A DNA stretch of 64,000 nucleotides from a virus (taxonomy: Duplodnaviria > Caudoviricetes), in the IMG/VR virus record IMGVR_UViG_3300014204_000113, positions 123,989 to 187,988 of that record; one strand, 5' to 3'. The position numbers were made by a program, and so were the translations under genes. Positions 19,168-29,106 of this stretch are shown here, piece after piece. Numbering within the stretch: the stretch's first letter is position 1; each line of letters begins with the position of its first letter. The notes beneath the pieces were generated by a model that worked only from the letters and a program-made list of their open reading frames with translations, ran no database searches and was not told the origin of the DNA.

Positions 19168-20484
19168 TCAAATATCCAACATATTTGCTATCTTATTTTT
19201 GTTATAATATCTTTTGTTTACCATTTCTGAATAAAAAGATTGATGCCATTCTCTATCAAAATTGGCCTTGGTGTTACAAGAGGTGCATAATGTAATTAAA
19301 TTCTTGGGATGGCAATTTAATTTATTATAATCAAGATGGTGAATTGTTAATTTATTATCATATTTTTTATTACATAGTGGATTAAGACACATATAATTAT
19401 CACGCTCTTTAATACTTTCTTTGTATTCTTTATCTTTCCACACACAACAATATGGTTCATAAGATTTACCACCTTGCCAATTATAATTGTTTGAACCACT
19501 TTGTGAAATAGATGATTTTATACTGCCACATTTTCTACATCTATGACCTTGAGAAAAACTATTATAAGAAATAAAAGATATATTTCCACATTCACATTTA
19601 TATTTTAATTTTTGATGACATCCTTTATATTCATTAAATAATGGAACACAACCACCTTCTATAAATTTTTCTTTAACAAATTCTAAACTATGTCTTATTT
19701 TATCTGAAAATTTTATAATCCCACATTCTTTACATCTATGGCCTCGCATAAGATTATCAAATGATGTATAAGAAATATTTCCACAACTGCATTGATATTT
19801 TAATTTTGTTCTAGCATCAATATATTCATTAAAGAGAGGGATGCAACCACCTTCTACAAATTTATTTTTTACATATTCAAGACTGTGTTTGCTATTGATA
19901 TTGCTTCTTTCAATTCCACATTTTCTACATCTATGACCATTACAGAAACCATTGAATGTGATTTGTGATTCATTCCCACAACTACATATATATTTTAATT
20001 TTTGTTGTGCATTTATATATTCATTAAATAATGGGATACATCCTTCTTCTATAAACTTATCTCTTACATATTCTATATCCAATCTTTTCTTTTCTGAAAT
20101 TCTTTTACCAACACAATTTGAACATCTTGATCCAGATTTAAAACTCGAAAAAGTTATAAAAGATATATTTCCACAATTACATCTATATCTCATTTTAGTG
20201 TGGTTATTTTTATAATTATCTTCTAAACATTCACACCCATTATCAATAAAAACTTTTTTGACATAGTTAAAATCTAATTTATAAAGTTCTTTATTTTTAT
20301 CAATATTACAAAATTTACATCCACTACCATTTTTTAAACCATTAAGACTAATTTTTGTTATATGACCATTATTACATTTACATTCAAGTGGAATTCTAGC
20401 ATACTTATATTCATTTTCTAATAAAACAAATCCTCTATTCTTAAATTCCCCCCTTGCTATATCTATAGTTATAATTTTAGACAT
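19168..20484 (-). CDS. HNH endonuclease with tandem Zn-ribbon repeats
   Basis: repeats of GCxPLFNEY..KLKYxCxCGN..F..GHRCxxC; RDNYMC..IHH.DYNK.N..NL.TLC.SC. Confidence 0.8.
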   Translation of the reverse strand: MSKIITIDIARGEFKNRGFVLLENEYKYARIPLECKCNNGHITKISLNGLKNGSGCKFCNIDKNKELYKLDFNYVKKVFIDNGCECLEDNYKNNHTKMRYRCNCGNISFITFSSFKSGSRCSNCVGKRISEKKRLDIEYVRDKFIEEGCIPLFNEYINAQQKLKYICSCGNESQITFNGFCNGHRCRKCGIERSNINSKHSLEYVKNKFVEGGCIPLFNEYIDARTKLKYQCSCGNISYTSFDNLMRGHRCKECGIIKFSDKIRHSLEFVKEKFIEGGCVPLFNEYKGCHQKLKYKCECGNISFISYNSFSQGHRCRKCGSIKSSISQSGSNNYNWQGGKSYEPYCCVWKDKEYKESIKERDNYMCLNPLCNKKYDNKLTIHHLDYNKLNCHPKNLITLCTSCNTKANFDREWHQSFYSEMVNKRYYNKNKIANMLDI

Positions 20485-20487
20485 AAT

Positions 20488-20901
20488 TTAACTCTGACTA
20501 TAAGCAACATAGTATATTGACACGCTTTTTTTATAAAAAATTCCATCAACATCCCCTGGTTCGACGGAAGATTCCTTTATTCTAACTTGAACATCGTTGT
20601 ACGTTGCTAGCGTTCCCCTTTTAAAGTGGTTATAAATTGCGTCAGCTTTAACAGTAGCAGAATTCCATCCTTCATTTGCTGGATATAAACAATCAATTTG
20701 AAACACCCCCGGAAATTCAGCCCAAGATTGATTCCCAAGAGTTAAAGTTGTAGTCCTCCCTGGCATTAACCAAGCCCTCAAATAGGGCGTTGAAATTGAT
20801 GGGTCTATCTCAATATTTTCCCACGCTATCATCATTGTTGTTGGAGTTAATAAAGAAAGATGTTTATTTAAAGCTGATGCAATATTTGTATTAATCCCCA
20901 T
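20488..20901 (-). CDS. tail terminator-like protein
   Basis: IAWEN, GVFQID..P..G, HFKRG motifs; position. Confidence 0.75.
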   Translation of the reverse strand: MGINTNIASALNKHLSLLTPTTMMIAWENIEIDPSISTPYLRAWLMPGRTTTLTLGNQSWAEFPGVFQIDCLYPANEGWNSATVKADAIYNHFKRGTLATYNDVQVRIKESSVEPGDVDGIFYKKSVSIYYVAYSQS

Positions 20902-20905
20902 CCAC

Positions 20906-21556
20906 TTATGCTCCTAAATTTTCTTTTAACCCACCACTCTGCACAGATGTCACCGCCTCAGAACTTATACTTCCAAATTCTGCCAATGTTATTCTCACCA
21001 TTCCTCTTGGCGCTTGCGGCGAACCATAAGGCGGACTTGGATATACTCTACCGCCTTCAAGATAAATTGCATATCTAACATTATTAAATATATATGCGAT
21101 TAACCCATCATGAATATCCATGCCACTTTGAATGAATTGCCTGCCTCTATTTATTGTGCCACTAGCTGATTCAAAGATTCCAGATGTCTTTACGGTTTCT
21201 GTCGTCTTACCTTCCCAATAACCAGTAGTTGTTCTTTTTCCTTTAGGTGTTGCTCTACTTACTTTCTTCCAAGTGGTTTTTGACTCAACAGATGATTGAA
21301 TAGGAGAAGAATTAGAAGGAGTCAAACCCACGGCCCAGGCGGATGATAGACGACCTGTGTCCCGCGGTGTCCTCATAACAATCCTTTTAAATACTTCAAA
21401 CACCATCTTGCGAATTGCTTTATCAACATTATTTAATGCTTTAGCATTGAACAAATTGACCTGCGCTACGAAATCACCTAGTCCTAAGTTAGAAACTTGG
21501 CTTTGACTTCCTCGAATATACGTACTTGTATGGGTTATTCCCATTTTACGACCCAC
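20906..21556 (-). CDS. neck / tail completion protein (HK97 gp10-like)
   Basis: TPRDTGRL..W, NNVRYA.YLE.G, SPQAP.GMVR. Confidence 0.75.
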   Translation of the reverse strand: MGRKMGITHTSTYIRGSQSQVSNLGLGDFVAQVNLFNAKALNNVDKAIRKMVFEVFKRIVMRTPRDTGRLSSAWAVGLTPSNSSPIQSSVESKTTWKKVSRATPKGKRTTTGYWEGKTTETVKTSGIFESASGTINRGRQFIQSGMDIHDGLIAYIFNNVRYAIYLEGGRVYPSPPYGSPQAPRGMVRITLAEFGSISSEAVTSVQSGGLKENLGA

Positions 21557-21776
21557 TCTTGTTAAACAAAGATACTATCATTCCACCAAATCCTTGACTT
21601 ATAAATATATAAGTCAGTGCTTGTATCCCACCAGTCATATCTTTTTGAATCCAATAACCGTAATAAACGTACATAAAAATCGCAGTCAAGAAACCGAAGA
21701 AGCAGCAAAAACACGCTATGGCAAATATCACATTTGTTCTAATTTCTGATCCATTAACTAAATCTGAAAGTGCCAT
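21546..21776 (-). CDS. small two-TM membrane protein (holin candidate)
   Basis: two hydrophobic segments. Confidence 0.5.
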   Translation of the reverse strand: MALSDLVNGSEIRTNVIFAIACFCCFFGFLTAIFMYVYYGYWIQKDMTGGIQALTYIFISQGFGGMIVSLFNKSGS

Positions 21777-21778
21777 TT

Positions 21779-22084
21779 TTAATCTCTCTCTGGTTCTGGT
21801 TTTGGCCTAGCTTTTCCGCCCATTCTAGAAGAAATAGAATCAGAAGCACTTCTAGTAAGATATGCTCCCAAACCTCCTGTTCCACCACCACCAACTATCA
21901 AACCTAATATTAATTTAACAGTCTCACTATCTATTCCTTTACCATGATAAAAACAATGATAACAAACAAGAATTATAGCTAATAAGAATAATATTCCAGT
22001 AAGAACCATCATAGCGGTAGCTACAATAGTAGGACTATTAACTGTATTATTTGAAGAACTAATATATTCTTGCCACCAAGCCAT
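21779..22084 (-). CDS. two-TM membrane protein with charged tail (holin candidate)
   Basis: two hydrophobic segments, charged C-terminus. Confidence 0.5.
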   Translation of the reverse strand: MAWWQEYISSSNNTVNSPTIVATAMMVLTGILFLLAIILVCYHCFYHGKGIDSETVKLILGLIVGGGGTGGLGAYLTRSASDSISSRMGGKARPKPEPERD

Positions 22085-22086
22085 GA

Positions 22087-22467
22087 TTATTCTCGAAGCA
22101 AACCCCTATAGAAAAGCACTGTCGAAGACGGCTCTAATACAGATATTCCAACAATTCCATATACTTTGCTATTCAAAGTAAGTCTATCACCCAATTCCGG
22201 GTCTGAAGTAGCATTTGTGGTGAATAAAACGATGCGGTCGTTCTGAAGTATAAGTGTTCCCCCAATGTATGTTTCACCATAACCTTTCAAATAAGTTTTA
22301 GTAGGCGTCACATCAACTAAATTAATATTGTAAACAGCAGATGAAGAAGAAGCATAAATTCCCTGGGACGCTAAAAATGTCCCCATAGTGAAGTGCTTCA
22401 AAACACCAACTGTCCCAAATTTGGTGATAAGTTTATTGGTTCTATTTGCTAATGCAGTATAATTCAC
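22087..22467 (-). CDS. head closure / stopper protein
   Basis: A..LI.KFG, GTLI..D, P.LGD motifs; position. Confidence 0.7.
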   Translation of the reverse strand: MNYTALANRTNKLITKFGTVGVLKHFTMGTFLASQGIYASSSSAVYNINLVDVTPTKTYLKGYGETYIGGTLILQNDRIVLFTTNATSDPELGDRLTLNSKVYGIVGISVLEPSSTVLFYRGLLRE

Positions 22468-22470
22468 TTA

Positions 22471-22980
22471 TTATGCTCTCTGGATGATAATTGCATTTTT
22501 TGAGCGGACCCATTCTCTGAGTAATGTATCTATATATGGTTGTGAAGGAACTTGCTGCGCGCCACCAGAATCATATTGTATTTCTACTACATCAACTTTT
22601 TCTCTAATGACATTACCAGTAGTATCATTATCTGGTAATGGATCATCACCATTAAGAAATCTATAAGCAAGTTCTGCTTGCACCCACTTGATTTGAAGGG
22701 GGATCGCTGTACTACTGATATAGAATAAATTTTTATCAGTTACATTTCTTCTAGGCCATTCAAGAGGTTGGGTTGATAGTGCTTTAGTACCGATCCAATT
22801 TTGCAATTCCATAAAGTAGCAAGAACGGATCAATGCGGCACTTTGTGTAGTTGTGGTTCCAGAAGCCCAATTAGTTAGCTTTCCAATGTTTGTAAAATAT
22901 GAAGTTGCAGAAGCAATACTTAGATATGAATTCGCGGATGCTAAGGTGCCCACGCCAGTTTCCACAACAATTTCAGGCAT
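22471..22980 (-). CDS. head-tail adaptor protein
   Basis: VETG.G...ANSY.S, Q.LEWPR, IP..IK..Q.ELA, EKVD..EI.Y. Confidence 0.8.
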   Translation of the reverse strand: MPEIVVETGVGTLASANSYLSIASATSYFTNIGKLTNWASGTTTTQSAALIRSCYFMELQNWIGTKALSTQPLEWPRRNVTDKNLFYISSTAIPLQIKWVQAELAYRFLNGDDPLPDNDTTGNVIREKVDVVEIQYDSGGAQQVPSQPYIDTLLREWVRSKNAIIIQRA

Positions 22981-23170
22981 TTACATTACTCCTATTCCCA
23001 AAACTTCCACCAAGATTTCTTTTCTGGTAAATCATAAATCACTTTAACAATATCACTAATCGACATCTTTCTTTGTTCTAATAATTTTATCTCTCTACGC
23101 ATTTCTAGTATATTTTTGACAATGAATTTCTTTTGTTTTAATGAAAAATTCATTATTGGAATCCAACCTT

Positions 23171-23329
23171 TTAAAAACCTCTTAGCCTTGAACTTCTTGA
23201 ACGGGGGTCAGATGCCGTTCCTTTCAGCTTTGACAATCTCATCGACTTGGGAATTTTTGTTTTAATCGCCTTCTTCTTTTTCTTTTTATCTTTTGGGTTT
23301 TTCTTACCTTTTTGTGACTTGTTAGCCAT
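23171..23329 (-). CDS. small Lys/Arg-rich protein
   Basis: GAGG SD before ATG at 23329. Confidence 0.5.
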   Translation of the reverse strand: MANKSQKGKKNPKDKKKKKKAIKTKIPKSMRLSKLKGTASDPRSRSSRLRGF

Positions 23330-23379
23330 ATCCTCACCAACTTCCCTCTTGGTTAAACCTATTAAAGTTGTCGATGACA

Positions 23380-23607
23380 TTACTTTTTCTTTTTCTTAGC
23401 CCCAACCTTTTTCATATTACGCGCAAAGTTAGCGCGCTTTACTGTAGTGAGACTAAATTGGTCTGTATTATTCATAACCTTATCAGCAAATTCTTGAACG
23501 CCCATACCTGCCTTTTTTGCTTGGGCCGTAAAAGTTCCTTCTTTCAAATCCTTTGGAATCCATTTTTTCTTAGCGGGTTTAATTTTTTTTGTTTTAGTAG
23601 TACCCAA
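23380..23607 (-). CDS. small Lys-rich protein
   Basis: AGGAG SD; KKWI..K.G.F..AK..G..RANFA. Confidence 0.6.
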   Translation of the reverse strand: MGTTKTKKIKPAKKKWIPKDLKEGTFTAQAKKAGMGVQEFADKVMNNTDQFSLTTVKRANFARNMKKVGAKKKKK

Positions 23608-23618
23608 GGTGTATTCTC

Positions 23619-23801
23619 CTAATCTATCATCTCAACCTTACAACCAACAATCTTAATGCCCAATTTCATTATCTTTTTACCTAACCACATTCTAAATCTG
23701 AACATAGGATTGATGTTAAATCTAATCTGAATGCATACTTCTCTGAATAAATCAGAAGCGTTAATGTTTACTGTTTCAAGAGGTTGTTGATTATTCATCA
23801 T
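23619..23801 (-). CDS. hypothetical protein
   Basis: purine-rich SD, operon fit. Confidence 0.5.
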   Translation of the reverse strand: MMNNQQPLETVNINASDLFREVCIQIRFNINPMFRFRMWLGKKIMKLGIKIVGCKVEMID

Positions 23802-23837
23802 TTCCCCTTTCCCTTTTTCTTTCCACCTTTACATTTG

Positions 23838-24347
23838 TTATTCATTAGGGGTGTCCTTTTCTCTGTCTTTGGCATACCATCTTATGTCTTGTCTACGCGC
23901 AGGTGCTCCCCACCATAATTCATTAGCAGGTACGTCACGAGTCACAACACTTCCGGCTCCAATTGTTGCTCCCTCACCTATGGTCACTGGGCAAACTAAT
24001 GTGCTATTCGCACCCACGGTAGCCCCTTTTTTAATGATTATTTTTTCATATTTTCCGCGGCGGCCAGCCTTTGGTTTTTTGACATTTGTAAGTACACAAG
24101 ATGGTCCTAAAAAAACTTCATCTTCAATAATGCACCCATCAAAAATTGAAACATTATTTTGTATGCGAACACCATCACCAATGCGGGCTGTTGCCGCTAC
24201 AAAACACCCTTGCGAAATTACACAATTTTTGCCGATGACCGCACCGGCCATGATATGGGAAAAACGCCATACTTTCGTCCCTTCCCCTATTTGGCAGCCA
24301 GCTTCCGCGTCTGCAAGCGGGTGGATATAGATGGGAGGTTTATACAT
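23838..24347 (-). CDS. hexapeptide-repeat sugar N-acetyltransferase (WbpD-like)
   Basis: IGEGTKVWRFSHIM, VFLGPSCVLTN, GATVGANST, GAGSVVTRDVP; start at MYKPP behind AGGAG. Confidence 0.85.
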   Translation of the reverse strand: MYKPPIYIHPLADAEAGCQIGEGTKVWRFSHIMAGAVIGKNCVISQGCFVAATARIGDGVRIQNNVSIFDGCIIEDEVFLGPSCVLTNVKKPKAGRRGKYEKIIIKKGATVGANSTLVCPVTIGEGATIGAGSVVTRDVPANELWWGAPARRQDIRWYAKDREKDTPNE

Positions 24348-25347
24348 AAATTGCTTCTCCTTTTGGAGTTGAGTTATATTTATATTCTTTACATTTCCTA
24401 AAATCATAATATGTACAACCATCTTGTTGATGAACAAGTTTATGACAATCTACACATAAAGTAATACACATATCTAGGTCAGCACTTTCAATTGGATTTA
24501 TCCAAATTCCTTCATAATGATGACAATGAATTTCACCGCCTCTTATTTCACACCGCTGGCATGTATAGTCGTCTAATTCAAATCTCATCTGTCTCAGTTC
24601 TGGTTGAACTTCTCTGTTAAGAGGAATTGTTCCATTCATATAATTTAAATAAGATTTTTCAGTTTTATGAAACAAAGGACATGATTTTTGACATCCCGTA
24701 GAACAGTATAGATTATTCTCTCTTATAGAAGTTCCTTCAATAAAACGACACCTCTCCATTGCTTCTTTTGGCTTAGGAGAAAATTTCTTTCCACAATATT
24801 TACACTTCACTTGTAATACTTCTGGTTCATTTGGATGCCTATTTACTTCTTCCCCTCCAGCAATTAATCTATCTGCATAGGTATCATAATCTGCATAACC
24901 AAGTTGGTTTGCTTTTTTTATAAAATTTTTTCTTTGCGTTTCTCTTGCTGTTCTACTAATTAAACATCCACAAGCCTTAGTTGTTCCTTTAACAAGATGG
25001 TCATCTCTAACAATAGTTTCGTTACCACAATCACATTTACATAACCAATATGTTACATTTCTATTTCTTTCTATCTTAATAACTTTTTCTAAAACTATTA
25101 ACTTGTTATATTTTTCACCAATTCTATTAACCATATGTTTTTTCATTCTTTTTTCTAGGGTATAAGCAAATGCGCATTTTCTACTGCAAAATATTCCTAT
25201 ATTGGAAGTATCACTAAAACTATCTTCTCCACAGTGTAAACATTTTATAATTTTAAAATATCTAACACATCTACCTGGATTATTATACCTAAACAATTCC
25301 TCACTTATCCACACTCCATTCTTTAAGACTTCTTCAGTTATTTTCAA
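24340..25347 (-). CDS. HNH endonuclease
   Basis: WLCKCDCG, DDYTCQRC..HCHH...N..TLC..CH. Confidence 0.75.
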   Translation of the reverse strand: MKITEEVLKNGVWISEELFRYNNPGRCVRYFKIIKCLHCGEDSFSDTSNIGIFCSRKCAFAYTLEKRMKKHMVNRIGEKYNKLIVLEKVIKIERNRNVTYWLCKCDCGNETIVRDDHLVKGTTKACGCLISRTARETQRKNFIKKANQLGYADYDTYADRLIAGGEEVNRHPNEPEVLQVKCKYCGKKFSPKPKEAMERCRFIEGTSIRENNLYCSTGCQKSCPLFHKTEKSYLNYMNGTIPLNREVQPELRQMRFELDDYTCQRCEIRGGEIHCHHYEGIWINPIESADLDMCITLCVDCHKLVHQQDGCTYYDFRKCKEYKYNSTPKGEAIYV

Positions 25348-25348
25348 A

Positions 25349-26236
25349 CTATTTCTCCATTTTTGAAGTTTTATATGATTCTTTCATATTATGTATTAAT
25401 TCAATGGCTGATCTTGCGTCTTCAATTCCGTATCCAATTCCTTGCAAAATATTTGAGTAAACGCTTACGTGTAAATCTGTGAACCCTTGGTCCAAATTCA
25501 ACACATATTCATCTATTTCAAAACATCTTTTTGGAAGCCCTTCAATCACATCATCCTTATCACATGATAAAAACCATTCTACATTTCCTTTTTCAAGATG
25601 TAATTTTCCATGTGCTTTATTATGAGATAAAGAAAATAATTCTGCTTTGTTGCAATTTCCCATCAAAAAACAGCAAGCATCAAAAAGATGAATTCCTAAA
25701 TTGTATAAAATAGAACCAGACTTTTCTTCTATTCCTTTCCAACATCCTGAAAAATACCACGGTCCACGCGGGGTTACATAGCGTAAATTTCCATTATATT
25801 CATTGTAATCACTTGCTTCTAGAACTTCTTTCAATCTAACTAAATCTTTATGAAGTCTAAGTTGTAATATAGACCAAACTTTCTTTCCAGTAGTTTGTTC
25901 AAGGGTAGATAATTCATGTAAATGTTCTGGTTTAATCACAAGAGGTTTTTCACATATCACATCACAGCCACTTTCAAGTCCGAACTTTATTTGTTCAAAA
26001 TGGTTGTAATTGGGAGTTGTCACACATAAATAATCCGGTTTGTTTTCCTTGCAATAGTTTCTAAATTTATTTTCATCTCTAAAAAAAAGACAATCATTGA
26101 AGTACGCATCTATCGAACCGACCACATCATGAGTAGTATCACAAATAGCAAGAAGTTCACCGCCATTCTCTTTAATGGCACGGAAGTGTTTGGGGGAAAC
26201 GTATCCAACCCCAACTAACGCGAATTTTGGTTTCAT
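25349..26236 (-). CDS. Gfo/Idh/MocA oxidoreductase (WbpB-like UDP-sugar dehydrogenase)
   Basis: GVGYV, TPNY.H, VICEKP, LQLRLH, Y.T.RG.WY..WKG..KSG..N.G.H.FD, GFTDLH. Confidence 0.85.
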   Translation of the reverse strand: MKPKFALVGVGYVSPKHFRAIKENGGELLAICDTTHDVVGSIDAYFNDCLFFRDENKFRNYCKENKPDYLCVTTPNYNHFEQIKFGLESGCDVICEKPLVIKPEHLHELSTLEQTTGKKVWSILQLRLHKDLVRLKEVLEASDYNEYNGNLRYVTPRGPWYFSGCWKGIEEKSGSILYNLGIHLFDACCFLMGNCNKAELFSLSHNKAHGKLHLEKGNVEWFLSCDKDDVIEGLPKRCFEIDEYVLNLDQGFTDLHVSVYSNILQGIGYGIEDARSAIELIHNMKESYKTSKMEK

Positions 26237-26417
26237 TCATTCACCCTTTATTTTTTCTTCTTAGTTTTAGTTTTCTTAACTATCTTAACTATTTTTACAG
26301 TTTTATTGTGAAGTTCGCTTTTTAATTTATTCTTTTGAGTTTCGCTCATTGTTGATCCCTTACTTAACAAAAATCTGACCTGCTTAAGTGTTTTAGTTTT
26401 AGCCATATTTAATTACC

Positions 26418-27644
26418 TCACTGATTCACTACTACTTTAAACACATCCAAATTATAATTTTTATCTTTTTCTACTTCATTTTTAAATTCAATATCACTTA
26501 TTAAATTACTTAGACCCATACCATTCAAGTTTGTTTTTAATTCTTGGATTATATCAGGGGGAGCGGTTGATAATTGTGGTTTAATGGAATTTAATGCATT
26601 CACTCCCTCGTGAAGACTAGCGACCGATAAGCGATAAACTTGGAGGAGTAGGGAGTCTTCGCGAAGTGTGAAGTAGAACTGGCCGCCGCGATTTTCTGGC
26701 GACTGTGACATTTCCCTATAGCCCCTAATAAATCGCCGTGCTCCATCTGCCATCACTGCCAAGTTATTATTTGCTGCACCCCAATCACTTAACGCATATG
26801 CCAAATCAGGATCATAAGGATTTTCTTTTAACGCCTCAATATTCAATTTATATGCTTCTTCCATCTTTCCGGTTTCAAAATACGACTTTATGATGGTATA
26901 GAATATTGTTTTATTAAATTTGCTGGGATCAATTTTATCTTTCAAACTAATATACCACTTTCCATACTTTATTGATTCTTCTGTATATCCATGATGTCCC
27001 AAAAGCTGACTTAGGTAAAAAAGCGTGTCGAGACGCCTTGGATTACCATCTTCATCCAAGTCTTCCATTTCTTTCATCAATAAACTATGCGTTCTTTCAA
27101 ACTTCAATTGCATTTTTTCTTCAGACAAATCGTATCCATAATGTTCTATTTCCAGCATGTCACAAAGAACTGCCGCGCCTTCGAATATAGGTGAATTATG
27201 AATCCTATGTTTATATTCTACTTTGCCTTTCTTGAACAACCTGGCACTATTGCAAGACATTACTGTTTGGCCTTGTTGCATATCTCTGATTGGAATAGCA
27301 ACAACATTGTATTTGTCTTGTACCATTTCTAACCATTTCTTTAATTTGTTCTTATTAAAATCTGGTGAAGTAATTAACTTCTCATCTGCATCTATTATCA
27401 AAATCCAACTTGCGCCATTTTCTTCCGCATATTTAATAGATTGATTCCTATGTAGACTGAAATTGTTCTGCCAAGGTGAATGGTATATTTTAACATTATT
27501 AAATGATTCTAAAATAGAAACTGTCCGATCTTTGCTACCTGTATCTACCACGCAAATATTATCAACAGTTCCTTTCAAGGAGTTTAAACATTGTTTGATG
27601 AATTTTTCTTCATCCTTAACCATAAGACACGCAGTAAGTTTCAT
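26418..27644 (-). CDS. GT2 glycosyltransferase with helical (TPR-like) C-terminus
   Basis: CLMVKDEE, VDTGSKD, F..RN, IDADE, IH, HYGY. Confidence 0.85.
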   Translation of the reverse strand: MKLTACLMVKDEEKFIKQCLNSLKGTVDNICVVDTGSKDRTVSILESFNNVKIYHSPWQNNFSLHRNQSIKYAEENGASWILIIDADEKLITSPDFNKNKLKKWLEMVQDKYNVVAIPIRDMQQGQTVMSCNSARLFKKGKVEYKHRIHNSPIFEGAAVLCDMLEIEHYGYDLSEEKMQLKFERTHSLLMKEMEDLDEDGNPRRLDTLFYLSQLLGHHGYTEESIKYGKWYISLKDKIDPSKFNKTIFYTIIKSYFETGKMEEAYKLNIEALKENPYDPDLAYALSDWGAANNNLAVMADGARRFIRGYREMSQSPENRGGQFYFTLREDSLLLQVYRLSVASLHEGVNALNSIKPQLSTAPPDIIQELKTNLNGMGLSNLISDIEFKNEVEKDKNYNLDVFKVVVNQ

Positions 27645-27679
27645 TTATTTTCCCTTTTGTTTTTATTCCAAGGCTTTAA

Positions 27680-28066
27680 TTAAGGTCTACCACCAGTTTT
27701 AATAAAATAGTTCATAGTTCCAGAAGTATAATTATCAGTTTTAATTCCAACTCTAATACTACAAGCCACGCCATAATCCAATGCTACAACTTGATTGCCA
27801 GTATATGAAGACAGATCATACCAAGTAGCAGGAGTCGCAGCCGTACTCAAAGATAGTTGTGAAAATACGGTTGCGGTCCATGTGCCAGAAAAAACAACTA
27901 AGGCTTTTCCTAATCCGTAAATTGGAAGTGATGTTCCAAATGAGTTGGATGTGGCTATGGAACCTGATTTTTGATTGACGCTTGTAATGCCATAATCAGT
28001 AATTTGTAAAAGTTGGTCAGAATGCTTGTCTCTTAAGTTAGTATAGTTCGAGGTCGGTATCGCCAT
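27680..28066 (-). CDS. putative virion structural protein
   Basis: Ser/Thr-rich, SGTW.ATV, RVG.K..YTSGT. Confidence 0.55.
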   Translation of the reverse strand: MAIPTSNYTNLRDKHSDQLLQITDYGITSVNQKSGSIATSNSFGTSLPIYGLGKALVVFSGTWTATVFSQLSLSTAATPATWYDLSSYTGNQVVALDYGVACSIRVGIKTDNYTSGTMNYFIKTGGRP

Positions 28067-28085
28067 AAGTTTACTCCGTTAAAAT

Positions 28086-28628
28086 TTACTTATTCGTACT
28101 TATATATAATTCTAAATAACGATCTAATTTATTGTCTATAGATTTCAAACGGTCTTTAAGGTCTATCAAATCACTTTTCGAAACATAATCTGATGGTAAT
28201 CTTTCTCTTAAGGATATTTGACGCTTGTTGACTTCTTTAATTTCCAACCAAATAGACCTGCATTCTTCAACAAGAGAAGTGATAGTTGTCGTGAACCCAC
28301 TATGTTCTTGACAAGTTTGAAGTTCAAGTGCTTCTGGATTACACCCAACATTAACTTTGTCTTTAGTAAAGGTAACTATGTTGTATTTGATCATGAAGAA
28401 GCCTACTAAAAGAAAAACTCCAGCCACAACAACTAACGCTATAATAGCTCCAACAAGCGTGTCTAAGACACTAAAATCGATTTGGCCACTACCAGAAATC
28501 CCAGTTACATTAGTAGGAACGCCAGAATTTCCCATCGCAACAGTTATAGAAATAGTTCCTATAAATAAAACAAATAAAAATAGGAACAAGAAATATTTTA
28601 ATTTTTTGTTTTTAAATTTAATAGTCAA
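28086..28628 (-). CDS. membrane protein with C-terminal coiled coil
   Basis: two TM segments; YVSK.D...ID.KLD. Confidence 0.6.
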   Translation of the reverse strand: MTIKFKNKKLKYFLFLFLFVLFIGTISITVAMGNSGVPTNVTGISGSGQIDFSVLDTLVGAIIALVVVAGVFLLVGFFMIKYNIVTFTKDKVNVGCNPEALELQTCQEHSGFTTTITSLVEECRSIWLEIKEVNKRQISLRERLPSDYVSKSDLIDLKDRLKSIDNKLDRYLELYISTNK

Positions 28629-28642
28629 CGCATAACTCCCCC

Positions 28643-28691
28643 AAAAAGAAAAAGGACAATTTCAACACTTTAAATTAAGGCAAAATTGTCC
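28643..28691 (-). terminator. intrinsic terminator-like hairpin
   Basis: GGACAATTT/AAATTGTCC stem followed by T-run on minus strand. Confidence 0.55.
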
Positions 28692-28759
28692 CGTAGTTTT
28701 ATCCAATGTAATGCTCCACTTATGCTTCTCCGCTAGCAATTAATATCAAAGACATAAAT

Positions 28760-29041
28760 TTAAAGTTTTTCAAAATGGGAAGGAATGAATTCACCTTCCT
28801 GAAATAGTTCGGTTTCGCCTTGGAGATAAAGTTTCTTCTTGGTAGAAACCCAACATTTGTTGCGACAAATATATTTCTTGGGCCAAGTTTCTTCCACAAC
28901 TTCTGGTTCAACAACCACTTCTTCTTTGACTTCCACAACTGGTTCTAGAATCATTTCTTCAACAGATTCCACAATAGGTTCAATAACTTCTTCAACTTTA
29001 TCTTCATATACATCGTTAAAGGCTGACTTCATTTTAGCCAT
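28760..29041 (-). CDS. acidic hypothetical protein
   Basis: GGAG SD, Glu/Val-rich. Confidence 0.6.
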   Translation of the reverse strand: MAKMKSAFNDVYEDKVEEVIEPIVESVEEMILEPVVEVKEEVVVEPEVVEETWPKKYICRNKCWVSTKKKLYLQGETELFQEGEFIPSHFEKL

Positions 29042-29057
29042 AAATTAATCTCCAATC

Positions 29058-29098
29058 AAAAAGGTTCTGAAAAGGGAGACGCCAATCTCCCTTTTCAG
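29058..29098 (-). terminator. 13-bp hairpin after cement gene
   Basis: CTGAAAAGGGAGA/TCTCCCTTTTCAG then AACCTTTTT on minus strand. Confidence 0.6.
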
Positions 29099-29106
29099 GT
29101 TAATGG

